IMG/VR virus record: IMGVR_UViG_3300048905_000063
Coordinates: 1 to 38,762 of that record
From: a virus
Reading direction: 5' to 3' (one strand)
DNA length: 38,762 nt
A program made the position numbers and the translations under genes. Below are positions 13,538-23,209 of this stretch, one piece after another. The first letter of the stretch is position 1; each line of letters opens with the position of its first letter. The notes under the pieces were generated by a model. The model did not search any database, was not told the origin of the DNA, and saw only the letters and a list, made by a program, of their open reading frames with translations.

Positions 13538-14870
13538 GTATACCGCGCCGCAATATGTCAGCGCGGCGCATCACCAGTTGATCGCACGACGGCTTGAAGC
13601 GGTAGAACGGGGAGAGATTGACCGGCTGATGATTTTCATGCCGCCGAGGCATGGCAAGTCGGAACTGGCAAGCAAGCGTTTCCCGGCATGGTGCCTTGGG
13701 CGTAATCCTTCCCGCCAGATCATCGCGGCTTCGTACAACAGCGACCTGGCAAGCGACTTCGGCAGGAATGTCCGTAACATCGTGGCATCGCCTGAGTTCG
13801 GCGAGGTTTTCCCTGGCGTGGCGTTGGCGGCGGACAGCCAGGCGGCGAACCGGATGAACACGAACAAGGGCGGGGCTTATGTCGCGGCGGGCGTTGGCAC
13901 GGCGATCACCGGGCGCGGTGCCGACATTGCGCTGATCGATGACCCGTTTAAAGACCGCGAGGAGGCGGACAGCGAGCGCCGCCGGGACGTTGTTTGGGAT
14001 TGGTATCGATCGACGCTCTACACGCGGTTGATGCCGGGCGCGGCGATAGTGTTGATCCAGACTCGCTGGCATGAGGATGATCTGGCCGGGCGCTTGCTTG
14101 AACAGCAGCCCGATCAATGGACGGTGCTGGACCTTCCCGCGATCAGCAACGCGGGCGAAGCACTCTGGCCCGAATGGTATGACGTTCCCGCATTGGAGCG
14201 GATCAAGGCGAGTATCGGCCAGCGTGAATGGTCTGCCCTGTACCAACAGCAGCCGCAGCCAGACGAGGGCACCTTCTTCCAGCGAGGGTGGTTCAATGAA
14301 TGGCAACTGCCGCTGCCCAAACTGCGGATATACGGAACATCCGACTACGCCGTTACCGATGGTGGGGGCGACTGGACCGTCCACCGGGTCTGGGGCGTGG
14401 ACCCAGCCGACAACATATACCGCATTGATGGCTGGCGAGGGCAAACCTCTGCCGACAAGTGGATCGACGCAAAGTTAAAACTGATTGCCACGCACCACCC
14501 GCACGCATGGTTCGGCGAGGCGGGGGTTATTCAGAAGGCGGTCGAACCAATGCTCATTCGCCGGATGCGGGAATGCAACGTGCGCTGCCGGATGGAATGG
14601 GTGTCATCGATCCATGACAAGGCAACGCGGGCACGCGGATTCCAGGCGCGGGCATCGATGGGGAAGGTCTATTTCGAGCCGGGCGCGGACATCAGCGAGT
14701 TTCTGGTGTTCCCGGCGGGCAAGCATGACGACGAGGTTGACGTGGCGAGCTTGATGGGCCGGGTCTTGGATCAGGTCCATCCGGCGATTGTGAAGCCCGG
14801 CGGTGAGAACAAGCCGCGCGATATGTGGGCGACGCGCGATGCCGTCACAGCGGATTGGAAGGTAGCCTGA
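13416..14870 (+). CDS. terL: Terminase large subunit
   Basis: Walker A-like MPPRHGKSE. IALIDDPFKD. QTRWHEDDLAGRL. C-terminal nuclease-like HDDEVD. The only ATG start overlaps terS by 122 nt. Confidence 0.9.
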   Translation: MTSAQLATKPLPNLKALLQLPDPLALVRQERARRGLIAFTEYTAPQYVSAAHHQLIARRLEAVERGEIDRLMIFMPPRHGKSELASKRFPAWCLGRNPSRQIIAASYNSDLASDFGRNVRNIVASPEFGEVFPGVALAADSQAANRMNTNKGGAYVAAGVGTAITGRGADIALIDDPFKDREEADSERRRDVVWDWYRSTLYTRLMPGAAIVLIQTRWHEDDLAGRLLEQQPDQWTVLDLPAISNAGEALWPEWYDVPALERIKASIGQREWSALYQQQPQPDEGTFFQRGWFNEWQLPLPKLRIYGTSDYAVTDGGGDWTVHRVWGVDPADNIYRIDGWRGQTSADKWIDAKLKLIATHHPHAWFGEAGVIQKAVEPMLIRRMRECNVRCRMEWVSSIHDKATRARGFQARASMGKVYFEPGADISEFLVFPAGKHDDEVDVASLMGRVLDQVHPAIVKPGGENKPRDMWATRDAVTADWKVA

Positions 14871-14871
14871 T

Positions 14872-15093
14872 ATGACCAGCGACTATCGCCGCGACCATGA
14901 CCTGACCGTCAAGAATGACGAGTTCGACCGGCTTGCCGGATCGGCGCGGGCCAACATCATCGTCGCGGTCGAAAACTTCTCGGCGCTCTATCCGCTGCCG
15001 GTGGCAAGTGCGGGCGAGACGCTGGCGTTGAAGCGAGCGTTCGCACGGTATCTGATCGACAGCGGCAAGGCATCGGTGGCGGGGGTGGTATGA
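14872..15093 (+). CDS. Hypothetical protein between TerL and portal (73 aa)
   Basis: ORF with ATGA overlap with the portal gene. Confidence 0.55.
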   Translation: MTSDYRRDHDLTVKNDEFDRLAGSARANIIVAVENFSALYPLPVASAGETLALKRAFARYLIDSGKASVAGVV

Positions 15094-16895
15094 GCAACAC
15101 CGCGCCGCTTCCCGCCGAGAAGGACAAGTTCGATCTTGCTTACCTAAAGCGCCTCTACAGCGAGGCCCGCGACAACACCATGACGGCCCGCCTCGAAGCG
15201 GAAACGGCATGGGATTACTACGACGGCAAGCAGTGGACCAGCGAGCAGATTAAGGCGCTGCGCAAGCGCAAGCAGCCGGAGATCTGGGTTAACCGCATTG
15301 CCCCCGCCGTCAATGGCATCCTGGGCGTGCTGGAGCAGGGGCAGGCCGACCCGCGCGCTTTTCCCCGCAATGAGGAAGATGACGACGCCAGCGAGGTCGC
15401 TACCGATAGCCTGCGCTATGCCAGCGACGTGTCGCGGTGGCAGCGGACCAAGCTCCATGCGGCCAAGGCGTATCTGGTTGGCGGGGTTGCCGCTGTCATT
15501 GTCGAGGTCAACGAGGAGGGCGACCCGTGGCCGCGCATCATCCGGCAGGGTGAGTTCATCTATGACCCGCACAGCAGGGATTACGACTTTGAGGATGCCC
15601 GGTTCATGGGCGTCGCGAAATGGATGTATGTTGACGCGGTCAAGAAGCTCTATCCCGAGGCCGACATTGACCCGGAAAGCATCACGCCGACCAGCGTATC
15701 TTTTGACGATCAGGACAAGCCGCAAACGGGCTGGGCCGATGTCAAGCGCAACCGGGTGCTGGTGGTCGAATTATATCTGAACGAAGGCGGGTGGAAGAAG
15801 GTCTGTTTCTACGGCGGCGCGATCCTGTCCACCGGGGACAGTGAGTATCAGGACGAGAAGGGGCGCCCGTGCAACCCGATCGTCGCACAATCGTGCAACG
15901 TGGACCGCGATAATGGGCGTTACGGCATCGTCAAGGGCATGGTGCCCATTCAGGACGAGATCAACATGTCGCGCTCACGGGCGCTGCACATGCTCAACTC
16001 ACGCCGGGTGCAGATCACCGACGAGAGTGGCCCGGGCATTGATGCCAACACGATCCGCGAAGAGGCCGCGCGGCCTGATGGTATCTTGCCGTTCGGCGTT
16101 CAGGCGGCGGACAATGGCGACCTGACGCAAGGCCAGTTCAGTCGGATGCAGGAGGCAAAGGCCGAACTGGAACGGATGGGGCCGAACCCCGCTGTCCTGG
16201 GCCAATCCAACCTCAGCGCCAGCGGCCGGGCACAGTTGGTTCGTCAGCAGGCGGGTTTGACCGAACTAACCCCGGTGTTGGGCGGCTTGGAAGATTTGGA
16301 ACTGCGCGTTTATCGGCAAATGTGGGCGCGCATCAAGCAATTCTGGACCGAGCAGAAGACCATCCGCGTGACCGATGACATCGGTGCGGCGAAGTTCATG
16401 CAGGTGAACGAGCCTGAAGTGCAGGAAGTCCAGGGCATCGTCATGGGTCCGGACGGAAAGCCGCAGATCGGGATACAGCAAGTCGTGACGGGGGTAAAGA
16501 ACCGCCCCGCCGAGATGGACATGGACATCATCATCGACACGACGGCGGACACGGCCAACGTCCAGCAAGAACAATATACCGAACTGGTCAAGCTGGCGCA
16601 GGTCTATGGCCCGCAAGAAGTGCCGTTCGACGATATCTTGGAAGCCTCTAACCTGCCGCAGAAGCGCAAGATCATCGAAAAGCGCAAGTCGCGGATGGAG
16701 GAACAGGCGCAGCAGCAGCCGCCAGTTGATCCACGGATCGAGGCTGATGTGAAACTCAAGGACGCCAATGCGGCGCTGTCACAGGCGCGGGCCGAGGCGC
16801 AGGAGCTTCGCAACCGGCTTGAGGCGATTGGCGCCGCGCACATGATCGACGCCATTCCCGAGGTCGACAACGGTTTAGTAGCGGCGGCGGGTTAG
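15090..16895 (+). CDS. Portal protein
   Basis: 601 aa directly after TerL. AWDYYDGKQWT motif. Acidic/helical C-terminal barrel region. Confidence 0.8.
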   Translation: MSNTAPLPAEKDKFDLAYLKRLYSEARDNTMTARLEAETAWDYYDGKQWTSEQIKALRKRKQPEIWVNRIAPAVNGILGVLEQGQADPRAFPRNEEDDDASEVATDSLRYASDVSRWQRTKLHAAKAYLVGGVAAVIVEVNEEGDPWPRIIRQGEFIYDPHSRDYDFEDARFMGVAKWMYVDAVKKLYPEADIDPESITPTSVSFDDQDKPQTGWADVKRNRVLVVELYLNEGGWKKVCFYGGAILSTGDSEYQDEKGRPCNPIVAQSCNVDRDNGRYGIVKGMVPIQDEINMSRSRALHMLNSRRVQITDESGPGIDANTIREEAARPDGILPFGVQAADNGDLTQGQFSRMQEAKAELERMGPNPAVLGQSNLSASGRAQLVRQQAGLTELTPVLGGLEDLELRVYRQMWARIKQFWTEQKTIRVTDDIGAAKFMQVNEPEVQEVQGIVMGPDGKPQIGIQQVVTGVKNRPAEMDMDIIIDTTADTANVQQEQYTELVKLAQVYGPQEVPFDDILEASNLPQKRKIIEKRKSRMEEQAQQQPPVDPRIEADVKLKDANAALSQARAEAQELRNRLEAIGAAHMIDAIPEVDNGLVAAAG

Positions 16896-18032
16896 GTGGA
16901 GACCTATCAGGTTGTCCTCAATGGGCGACCAGTTCAGTTCCAAGTGCGCGATGGGGCGACGGACGAAGAAGTAAGGGCGGCAGGAGCAAGTCTTCTAGCG
17001 AAGGCGGGTTGGCAACACCCATCACAGCACGCTGTTTTACGTCCCCCGCCGTTCAATGCTTTCGCCCCACCTGAGACGGGGCAAGGCGGACCTCCGGTTA
17101 ACGCCATGACCGGACAGATACGCGATCAGGGGACAATAACCGAATATCAGCCGACGTTGCGAGACCGAGCGGCGGGATTCGTTGCTGATGGACTTGAAGC
17201 TGTCGGGTACGACGACCGCCACGCGGCACGGGTTGCCGACCGTGCCACGCAATTGCTGGACTGGACACCGTTAGGGAACGCCTTTGGCTTAGAGGAAGGC
17301 GCAAGCGATGTTTCGCGGGGCCTGAGAACTGGCGACTTAGCAACGGCCGGGCTGGGCGCGGCGACCTTCGCGGCGAGCGTGTTGCCGTTTGGTGGCGAGG
17401 TCAGAAAAGGCGTCAAGGCGGGCGAGAATGCTCTGGCACTCATGTTCCGCGACGAAAGCGGCGCAATTCGAGCATGGCACGGTTCGCCGCGTGATTTTGA
17501 CAAGTTCGATGCGTCAAAGATTGGCACTGGGGAGGGAAACCAAGCGTTCGGCGACGGACTATACTTCGCCGATCGTCGGGGTGTGGCGAGTAGCTATGTG
17601 GTGCCGAGGGGCGTGCAGCCGTTACCAGTTCCGCCAGAAACGCTTTCGGCCTTGCGTGATCCGCTCAAGGCAGACGGATATCTGGGCTACGATAGCCTTG
17701 GCGAGGCAGTGAACGCGGCCCGCCAATCAGGCGACAGACTTGCCGAGGATTACGGACTTTCCCCGGAGGTTGCGGCGCAGATTCAAGCCGCGCTGAATGA
17801 CTATGACGCGGCGCGCTGGCCCGAAGGGTATCGCCCGACACTTTATGAGACCGAGATTAACGCGGAACCGCACCAATTCATGGACCTTCCACGTGGCCAA
17901 GCAGCGCCATCGCCGGAAGTCGCCAAGAAACAGGGGTTTGTTGGTTTCCGCTACAAGGACGGCACCACAAACCCGTCTAGCAATTATGTGGTGTTTGACC
18001 CGTCGTTAGTCAGCATCCTGAAGAAGCATTAG
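16896..18032 (+). CDS. Head-module protein with C-terminal ADP-ribosyltransferase-like (polyvalent-protein ART-type) domain
   Basis: The GTG start abuts the portal stop. AWHGSPRDFDKFD, GDGLYFADRRGVASSY, LYETEI and C-terminal GFVGFRY...SNYVVFDPSLVSI. Confidence 0.5.
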   Translation: METYQVVLNGRPVQFQVRDGATDEEVRAAGASLLAKAGWQHPSQHAVLRPPPFNAFAPPETGQGGPPVNAMTGQIRDQGTITEYQPTLRDRAAGFVADGLEAVGYDDRHAARVADRATQLLDWTPLGNAFGLEEGASDVSRGLRTGDLATAGLGAATFAASVLPFGGEVRKGVKAGENALALMFRDESGAIRAWHGSPRDFDKFDASKIGTGEGNQAFGDGLYFADRRGVASSYVVPRGVQPLPVPPETLSALRDPLKADGYLGYDSLGEAVNAARQSGDRLAEDYGLSPEVAAQIQAALNDYDAARWPEGYRPTLYETEINAEPHQFMDLPRGQAAPSPEVAKKQGFVGFRYKDGTTNPSSNYVVFDPSLVSILKKH

Positions 18033-18160
18033 GCGGCTTGCCGCAAATACCGCCGCCGGGTTTCGGGCGTTTCGTCACCGCTGGACGCAATCAGCAGGCT
18101 CGCCGCCGGGGACCGGGCGCAACGTGAACGCCGCGACGATACAGCGAGCGAGGGGAAACC

Positions 18161-18907
18161 ATGGAAGACGAAGACTTTCTGGCGGCCGCGTTGGCCGATA
18201 CCAGTAGCGATGACGATCAGCCTATCGAGATCGCCCCGGAACCCAAGGCGGAAACGCCAGCGGAACCGGCCCCGGCACAGCCGGATGAATTGCTGCTCGA
18301 TACACCTGTAACGCCCGAACCTCCCAAGCAAGACGAGCGGCCTCCGCTCGCCGCGCTGCTGGACGAACGGGACAAGCGGAAAGCGCTTGAAGCCGAGCTT
18401 GCCCAATTACGGGCGGCACAACCGGCCCCACAGGTCCAGATGCCCGATCCGTATGAGGACCCGGAAGGGTTTGCTGCGGCGCAAGAGGCAAGAGTTTCAC
18501 AGGCGCTCTACCAGACCAATTTGCGTTGGTCCGAGCGTATCGCTTCCATCCAGCACGGCGAAGAAACGGTGAAGGCGGCAAAGGATTGGGGGTTCGCCAA
18601 GTGCGATTCCGACCCCTATTTCAATGCCAAGGTCGCCAGCTCGCCCGACCCCGTAGGATTTGTGGTCACTGAGTATAAGCGCGAGGAGATCGCGTCAAAA
18701 GTCACGCCGGACGAGTTCGCTCAATTCCAGGCGTGGAAGGCTGCTCAGGGCCAGTTGCAGCAACCGGGCGGGCAACCGCCTTCACCCCCTACGACCTCCG
18801 CGATCCCCCCTCGAAGCCTTGCCTCGGCACCATCGGCAGGAAACATCCTGACCGAGCCGGTCCAGAGCGACGAAGAGATGTTCAAAGAGGTCATCGGTAA
18901 AAGGTAA
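18161..18907 (+). CDS. Scaffolding protein (putative)
   Basis: Acidic, Pro/Ala/Glu-rich and helical, immediately upstream of the major capsid gene. Confidence 0.6.
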   Translation: MEDEDFLAAALADTSSDDDQPIEIAPEPKAETPAEPAPAQPDELLLDTPVTPEPPKQDERPPLAALLDERDKRKALEAELAQLRAAQPAPQVQMPDPYEDPEGFAAAQEARVSQALYQTNLRWSERIASIQHGEETVKAAKDWGFAKCDSDPYFNAKVASSPDPVGFVVTEYKREEIASKVTPDEFAQFQAWKAAQGQLQQPGGQPPSPPTTSAIPPRSLASAPSAGNILTEPVQSDEEMFKEVIGKR

Positions 18908-18912
18908 ATCCG

Positions 18913-20004
18913 ATGGCAGAAACTGTCCTTAATGCAGGTCTTGCGCTGACCAAATGGCGCAAGAACTATTTCAATACCTACATCCGGGCGTCGCGGTTCA
19001 AACCCTATATGGGTTCGGGCAACGACAACATCATTGTCACGATGTACGACCTTCAGTCGGACGCGGGCAAGACGATCATCGTGCCGTTTATCGGCGAACT
19101 CAGCGGCTCGGGCGTTTCCGGTTCGCAGGTTCTCGAAGGCAACGAAGAGAATCTTGGCTCGGGCAACATGCCGGTCACTGTCGATTGGCGGCGCAATGCC
19201 GTCATTGTTCCCAAGTCGGAGCAATACAAGACCGACATCGACCTGCTCGACGCGGCCAAGCCCGCGCTGAAGAACTGGGAATCGAAGGCCCTGCGGACGG
19301 ACATCATCCGTGAACTGGGCGCGCTGACCGTCAACGACGCGACGCTTTCGACGATCCCCTATGCCTCGGCAACGGAAGCGCAGAAGAACACCTGGCTCGC
19401 CCTCAACAGCGACCGAGTGCTTTTCGGCAAGGACAAGTCGAACAACGCCAGCAATGTCCATGCGACTTCGCTGCTCAACGTCGACACGACCAACGACAAG
19501 GCGACTTCCGCCATGCTTCTGAAAATGAAGCGCATGGCGGCGGATGCGAAGATCACGCCGTACCAGTCCGACCAGATGGCCGGGCAGGAGTGGTTCGTGG
19601 TGTTCGTCGGGCCGCGCGCGTTCCGCGATCTGGAACTCGATTCCACCATTGTTACCGCCGACACGAACGCTCGCGCTCGTGAAGGCAACGGCATCGAGAA
19701 CAACCCGATCTTCCAGGGTGGTGATCTGCTTTATCGCGGTCTCATCATTCGGCAGGAGCCGGAAATCCAGATGCTGGCCGGTGTCGGCAATGCCGGTTCG
19801 GACGTCGAGCCGCTGTATCTGTGCGGGGCCGGTGCGCTGGCCGTTGCATGGGGCCAGATGCCGCAGACCAAGACGCGCCTCGCCGATTACGACTTCCGCA
19901 AGGGGGTTGGCATCGAAGAATTGCTGGGGGTCAAGAAGATCCACCAGCTCGGCGTCCAGCGGTCGGTCGTCACTGGCTACGCCTCCGCATCGGCTGATGC
20001 CTAA
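18913..20004 (+). CDS. Major capsid protein (N4-gp56-like, HK97 fold)
   Basis: 363 aa. N-terminus LNAGLALTKWRKNYFNTYIRASRFKPYMG is typical of this capsid family. Position after the scaffold gene. Confidence 0.8.
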   Translation: MAETVLNAGLALTKWRKNYFNTYIRASRFKPYMGSGNDNIIVTMYDLQSDAGKTIIVPFIGELSGSGVSGSQVLEGNEENLGSGNMPVTVDWRRNAVIVPKSEQYKTDIDLLDAAKPALKNWESKALRTDIIRELGALTVNDATLSTIPYASATEAQKNTWLALNSDRVLFGKDKSNNASNVHATSLLNVDTTNDKATSAMLLKMKRMAADAKITPYQSDQMAGQEWFVVFVGPRAFRDLELDSTIVTADTNARAREGNGIENNPIFQGGDLLYRGLIIRQEPEIQMLAGVGNAGSDVEPLYLCGAGALAVAWGQMPQTKTRLADYDFRKGVGIEELLGVKKIHQLGVQRSVVTGYASASADA

Positions 20005-20028
20005 CCCCTAACTGAAAGGACTTGACTG

Positions 20029-20463
20029 ATGGCAACGTACAACAGCCTCCAAGTCACGAACAAGATGCCGGTTGCCAGCCATGGTCCGGCGTCATCGCTG
20101 AAGGGCGAGCATTTCCAGATTGCTCTGGGTGCGACCTCGGCGGCGGACGTGATCAACTTGGGGTATCTTCCCGACTACGCGGTGCCGGTGAAAGTCACCG
20201 TGTTCCACACTGCCGCAATCGCGCTGATCACGGTCGGCACGGTTGCGGCTCCGGCTGGCTACATCGCCAGCACGGCGGTTGTCGCCAACACCCCGCTGAC
20301 CAACACGGTCGGAACGGAGTTGTTCAAGAACGTCGGCCTCGGTCAGCGCCTTGTCACAGCGACGATCGGGACAGGCGGCGGTTCGGCGGGCACGCTCAAC
20401 GTCTTTGTCGAGTATCTCGTCGAAGATCCGGGCGCTGCCTATCCCTTCACCGCTGCAACCTAA
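20029..20463 (+). CDS. Virion structural protein, possible head decoration (144 aa)
   Basis: ORF directly after the capsid gene; Ala/Gly/Thr/Val-rich. Confidence 0.5.
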   Translation: MATYNSLQVTNKMPVASHGPASSLKGEHFQIALGATSAADVINLGYLPDYAVPVKVTVFHTAAIALITVGTVAAPAGYIASTAVVANTPLTNTVGTELFKNVGLGQRLVTATIGTGGGSAGTLNVFVEYLVEDPGAAYPFTAAT

Positions 20464-20476
20464 GGAGTGAGTTGAA

Positions 20477-20662
20477 ATGAAGGCAACTTACGTCGGCGAT
20501 ACGTCGATCCCCGCTTCCAAGCGGGATATCCCGGACGTCATGGAGACCCTTGGTCTCGTATTCGAGAAGGGCAAGGCGACGGACATTCCCCCCGCTCTGG
20601 AAGCAAAGCTGGCGGGCAATCCGCACTTTGAACTGAGCGGCAAGGAAACCGCAGCCAAGTAA
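20477..20662 (+). CDS. Hypothetical protein (61 aa)
   Basis: ORF with AAGGAG 8 nt upstream of the ATG, followed by a terminator. Confidence 0.5.
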   Translation: MKATYVGDTSIPASKRDIPDVMETLGLVFEKGKATDIPPALEAKLAGNPHFELSGKETAAK

Positions 20663-20668
20663 CGGTCA

Positions 20669-20700
20669 GGGCCGGGGGTAACACCTCGGCCCTTTCCTTC
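20669..20700 (+). terminator. Rho-independent terminator after the capsid block
   Basis: GGGCCGGGG-gtaaca-CCTCGGCCC (9-bp stem with one G-U) followed by TTTCCTTC. Confidence 0.6.
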
Positions 20701-20714
20701 CAGGGGAGAGCGCT

Positions 20715-21170
20715 ATGTCCGCTTCAAATACCTTCGAGGCGGCAATTCTCGCCCTCGTCTTCAATAACACGAACTACGCCAACATGGGCGATGCGACGGG
20801 TGTTCGCGGCTCGACCACGGCGGGCTCGTTCTACATCTCGCTGCACACGGCGGACCCCGGCGAAACGGGCACGGCGGTGACGAGCGAGGCGGCATATACC
20901 AACTATGCGCGGGTCGCGGTTGCACGGTCATCGGGCGGGTTCACGGTTTCCGGCACGGCGCCGACACAGGCTGCCAACGCCGCCGTTGTGACGTTTCCGA
21001 CCTGCGGCACGACCGGCGCGACCGTCACCTATTTCGGCATCTGCTCGACGGCATCGGGGGCGGGTGAGCTTTACTTCAGCGGTGCGCTGACCTCGCCCGC
21101 TTCGCTTGCCGTTTCCAACGGGGTGACGCCCTCGTTTGCCATTGGCGCGCTTGTCGTGACGGCCGACTAA
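20715..21170 (+). CDS. Virion structural protein (151 aa)
   Basis: ORF in the late operon. FEAAILALVFNNTNYANMGD...FYISLHTADPGETG. Confidence 0.55.
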   Translation: MSASNTFEAAILALVFNNTNYANMGDATGVRGSTTAGSFYISLHTADPGETGTAVTSEAAYTNYARVAVARSSGGFTVSGTAPTQAANAAVVTFPTCGTTGATVTYFGICSTASGAGELYFSGALTSPASLAVSNGVTPSFAIGALVVTAD

Positions 21171-21171
21171 A

Positions 21172-21774
21172 TTGGCCGATAACAGCACCCAGAATGGCGC
21201 GGACACGATCCGCGACATTGATCGGGCCGGAATCAAGACGCAGGTTGTCCAGTTGGACGCTGGCGGTTCGTCGGCGGAGGCGCTGGTCAGCAAGGCCGCG
21301 CCCTTGCCGATGTTCCCGGTTCACACTGGGGCGGCGTTCGTCAACTTCTCGGCTGTCGGTGCCGCCGCTGGCGCAACAACGGTTGAAACGGCAATAACAC
21401 TGACTCGCTCGGGATCGCCCGGCGCAACGGTGACGACCGGGACGAGTTTTACCGCCACGTCAGGCAAGCGGCTCAAGATTACCTCGATCACGTTCGCATC
21501 GCGCGGCCACGCCACGGCCACCGCACAGCTAACCGATTTCACCCTCCGCGTGAACACTGCGGGCGCGACCACCACAACCAGCGCGCAGGTGATCAAGGCC
21601 CGCACGGCTACTGCTGCCACGGCCCTCGCCTATGACCGGATCAGCATTCCGCTTGAATATGCTGGCATTGAGATCGTGGGCGATGGAACCCTTACTTTTG
21701 GAGTGACCGCAAATGCGGTTTTCACGACCAATGCCCCGACGTGGGACGTGCTGATCACGGGCATTGAATACTAG
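21172..21774 (+). CDS. Virion structural protein (200 aa)
   Basis: TTG-start ORF 1 nt after the previous stop; Thr/Ala-rich. Confidence 0.5.
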   Translation: MADNSTQNGADTIRDIDRAGIKTQVVQLDAGGSSAEALVSKAAPLPMFPVHTGAAFVNFSAVGAAAGATTVETAITLTRSGSPGATVTTGTSFTATSGKRLKITSITFASRGHATATAQLTDFTLRVNTAGATTTTSAQVIKARTATAATALAYDRISIPLEYAGIEIVGDGTLTFGVTANAVFTTNAPTWDVLITGIEY

Positions 21775-21784
21775 GGAGGCGTAA

Positions 21785-23209
21785 ATGAGCCTCCTGCTAC
21801 TAATTGGACGCAGCCCTGAACTGGTCATCAACGGCAACGGCGATGCGGTTACAGGCTGGGTCAATAATGACTCATCAACCTCAACAATCACCTCCGTTGC
21901 TAGCCGCCTTCGCATTACCAGCACGGGCGCTGGTGGCGGTACATGGAATGAAACCTATTCGGTCACAACGGGCCAAAGCTACCGCGTCCGCGCTACATTA
22001 TACCCGCACGAATTGGACCGCGCCCGTCTTTCGGTCGCGATTGGCGGTTCGACGATCCTCGTCAGATATTCCGATACCGTGGGTGGGGTCGTTGATTTCA
22101 CCTATGTCTCGGGCGGGCCGAGCAATATCATCACGCTGGAAGCGGCAAGCGGTTCGGCCTTTGTCAGCGTCGGTGAATATGCCGAGTTCGACGATGTTAG
22201 TGTCCAGGCCCTCGCGGGGGCAATAACCGGGTCGTCATCGCTCACCTTCGGGCAAACCGGGTCGGTAACCGGCGCCGGAACGCTGGCGGGAGCGCCGGGG
22301 CTGGTATTTGCGGCAAGCGCGGGTGAGAGCGCGGCGGGTGCCCTTGCAGGTGTCTCCGCGCTACTGTTCACGCCGACGGGCGGCGAGACGGCCAAGGGGG
22401 CACTCGCGGGCACGTCTGCGGGTCTGTTCGGGGCGAGCGGCGGCGAAGCGGCGAGCGGGACACTGGCGGGAACGTCGGCGGTATCGTTCGGCACAACGGG
22501 AACGGCAAACGCGCTAACGCCGGTTTCCGCTTCATCGGGAGTCCTGTTCGGCCAAAACGGGGCGCTAACCGCCAAGGGCGCGCTTGCAGGCACGTCGGCA
22601 GGACTGTGGACGGCAACGGGTACCGAAACCGCTTCGGGCGCGCTGGTGGGCACTACAGGGGTTGTTTTCGGGCAATCGGGGACAGCCAAGGGCGCGGCAA
22701 CACTCGTCGCGTCGTCCGCGCTTGGGTTTGGCCAAACTGGATCACTCGCCGCAAGCGGTTCACTCGCCGGGACTTCGACGGGGCTATGGGGCGCCAATGC
22801 AAGCGGTTCGACCTCGGGCGCCGTAACCGGGTCGGCTGGCATAGTATTCGGGCAAAGCGGGACCACGACAGCAATCGCGTCGGTCAATGCCTCCTCTTCG
22901 CTAGTTTTCGCATCTGCGGCGCTTTTGAGTGGAAATGCGGCCACCAACGGTTCGGCTGCGGTTACTTTCTCATCATCGGGCCTTATCTCGGCGCAAGCTG
23001 CGTCAACTGGAACCGCCAGTGTTGCTTTTGGTCCTGCTGGAACATTGACAGGTGTTGCGGCAATTCTGCCGATCGCGCCCCGGCCATTTGTCTTGCGGGC
23101 CATCGACCAAGGCCAGTCGAGCGGTTCGGGCCGCGCTTATTCGTCGGGCGCCGCGCGGTCACGATCCGCCGGTACAAGCCGCGCCTATAGTTCACGAAGG
23201 GGACGCTAG
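21785..23209 (+). CDS. Fibre-like protein: N-terminal jelly-roll/CBM-like domain plus about 13 tandem 20-aa repeats
   Basis: The N-terminus ends in YAEFDDVSVQ. Repeats then follow of the type GGETAKGALAGTSAGLFGAS. Confidence 0.65.
   Translation: MSLLLLIGRSPELVINGNGDAVTGWVNNDSSTSTITSVASRLRITSTGAGGGTWNETYSVTTGQSYRVRATLYPHELDRARLSVAIGGSTILVRYSDTVGGVVDFTYVSGGPSNIITLEAASGSAFVSVGEYAEFDDVSVQALAGAITGSSSLTFGQTGSVTGAGTLAGAPGLVFAASAGESAAGALAGVSALLFTPTGGETAKGALAGTSAGLFGASGGEAASGTLAGTSAVSFGTTGTANALTPVSASSGVLFGQNGALTAKGALAGTSAGLWTATGTETASGALVGTTGVVFGQSGTAKGAATLVASSALGFGQTGSLAASGSLAGTSTGLWGANASGSTSGAVTGSAGIVFGQSGTTTAIASVNASSSLVFASAALLSGNAATNGSAAVTFSSSGLISAQAASTGTASVAFGPAGTLTGVAAILPIAPRPFVLRAIDQGQSSGSGRAYSSGAARSRSAGTSRAYSSRRGR
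22215..23045 (+). repeat. In-frame degenerate tandem repeat, 60-nt period, about 13 units
   Basis: An aromatic-Gly dipeptide (FG/WG/FA/FT) recurs every 20 residues. Confidence 0.75.

Noticed and set aside
18033-18160. Possible terminator hairpin (ccgccgggtttcgggcg followed by tttcg) after the ART-like gene
   Set aside because: The stem is only 4-5 bp with mismatches and has no proper T-run. It is not convincing.
22215-23045. A regular 60-nt periodicity that could be mistaken for a CRISPR or satellite array
   Set aside because: The repeats are degenerate at the DNA level, have no unique spacers, and lie in frame inside a long ORF that encodes a 20-aa protein repeat.
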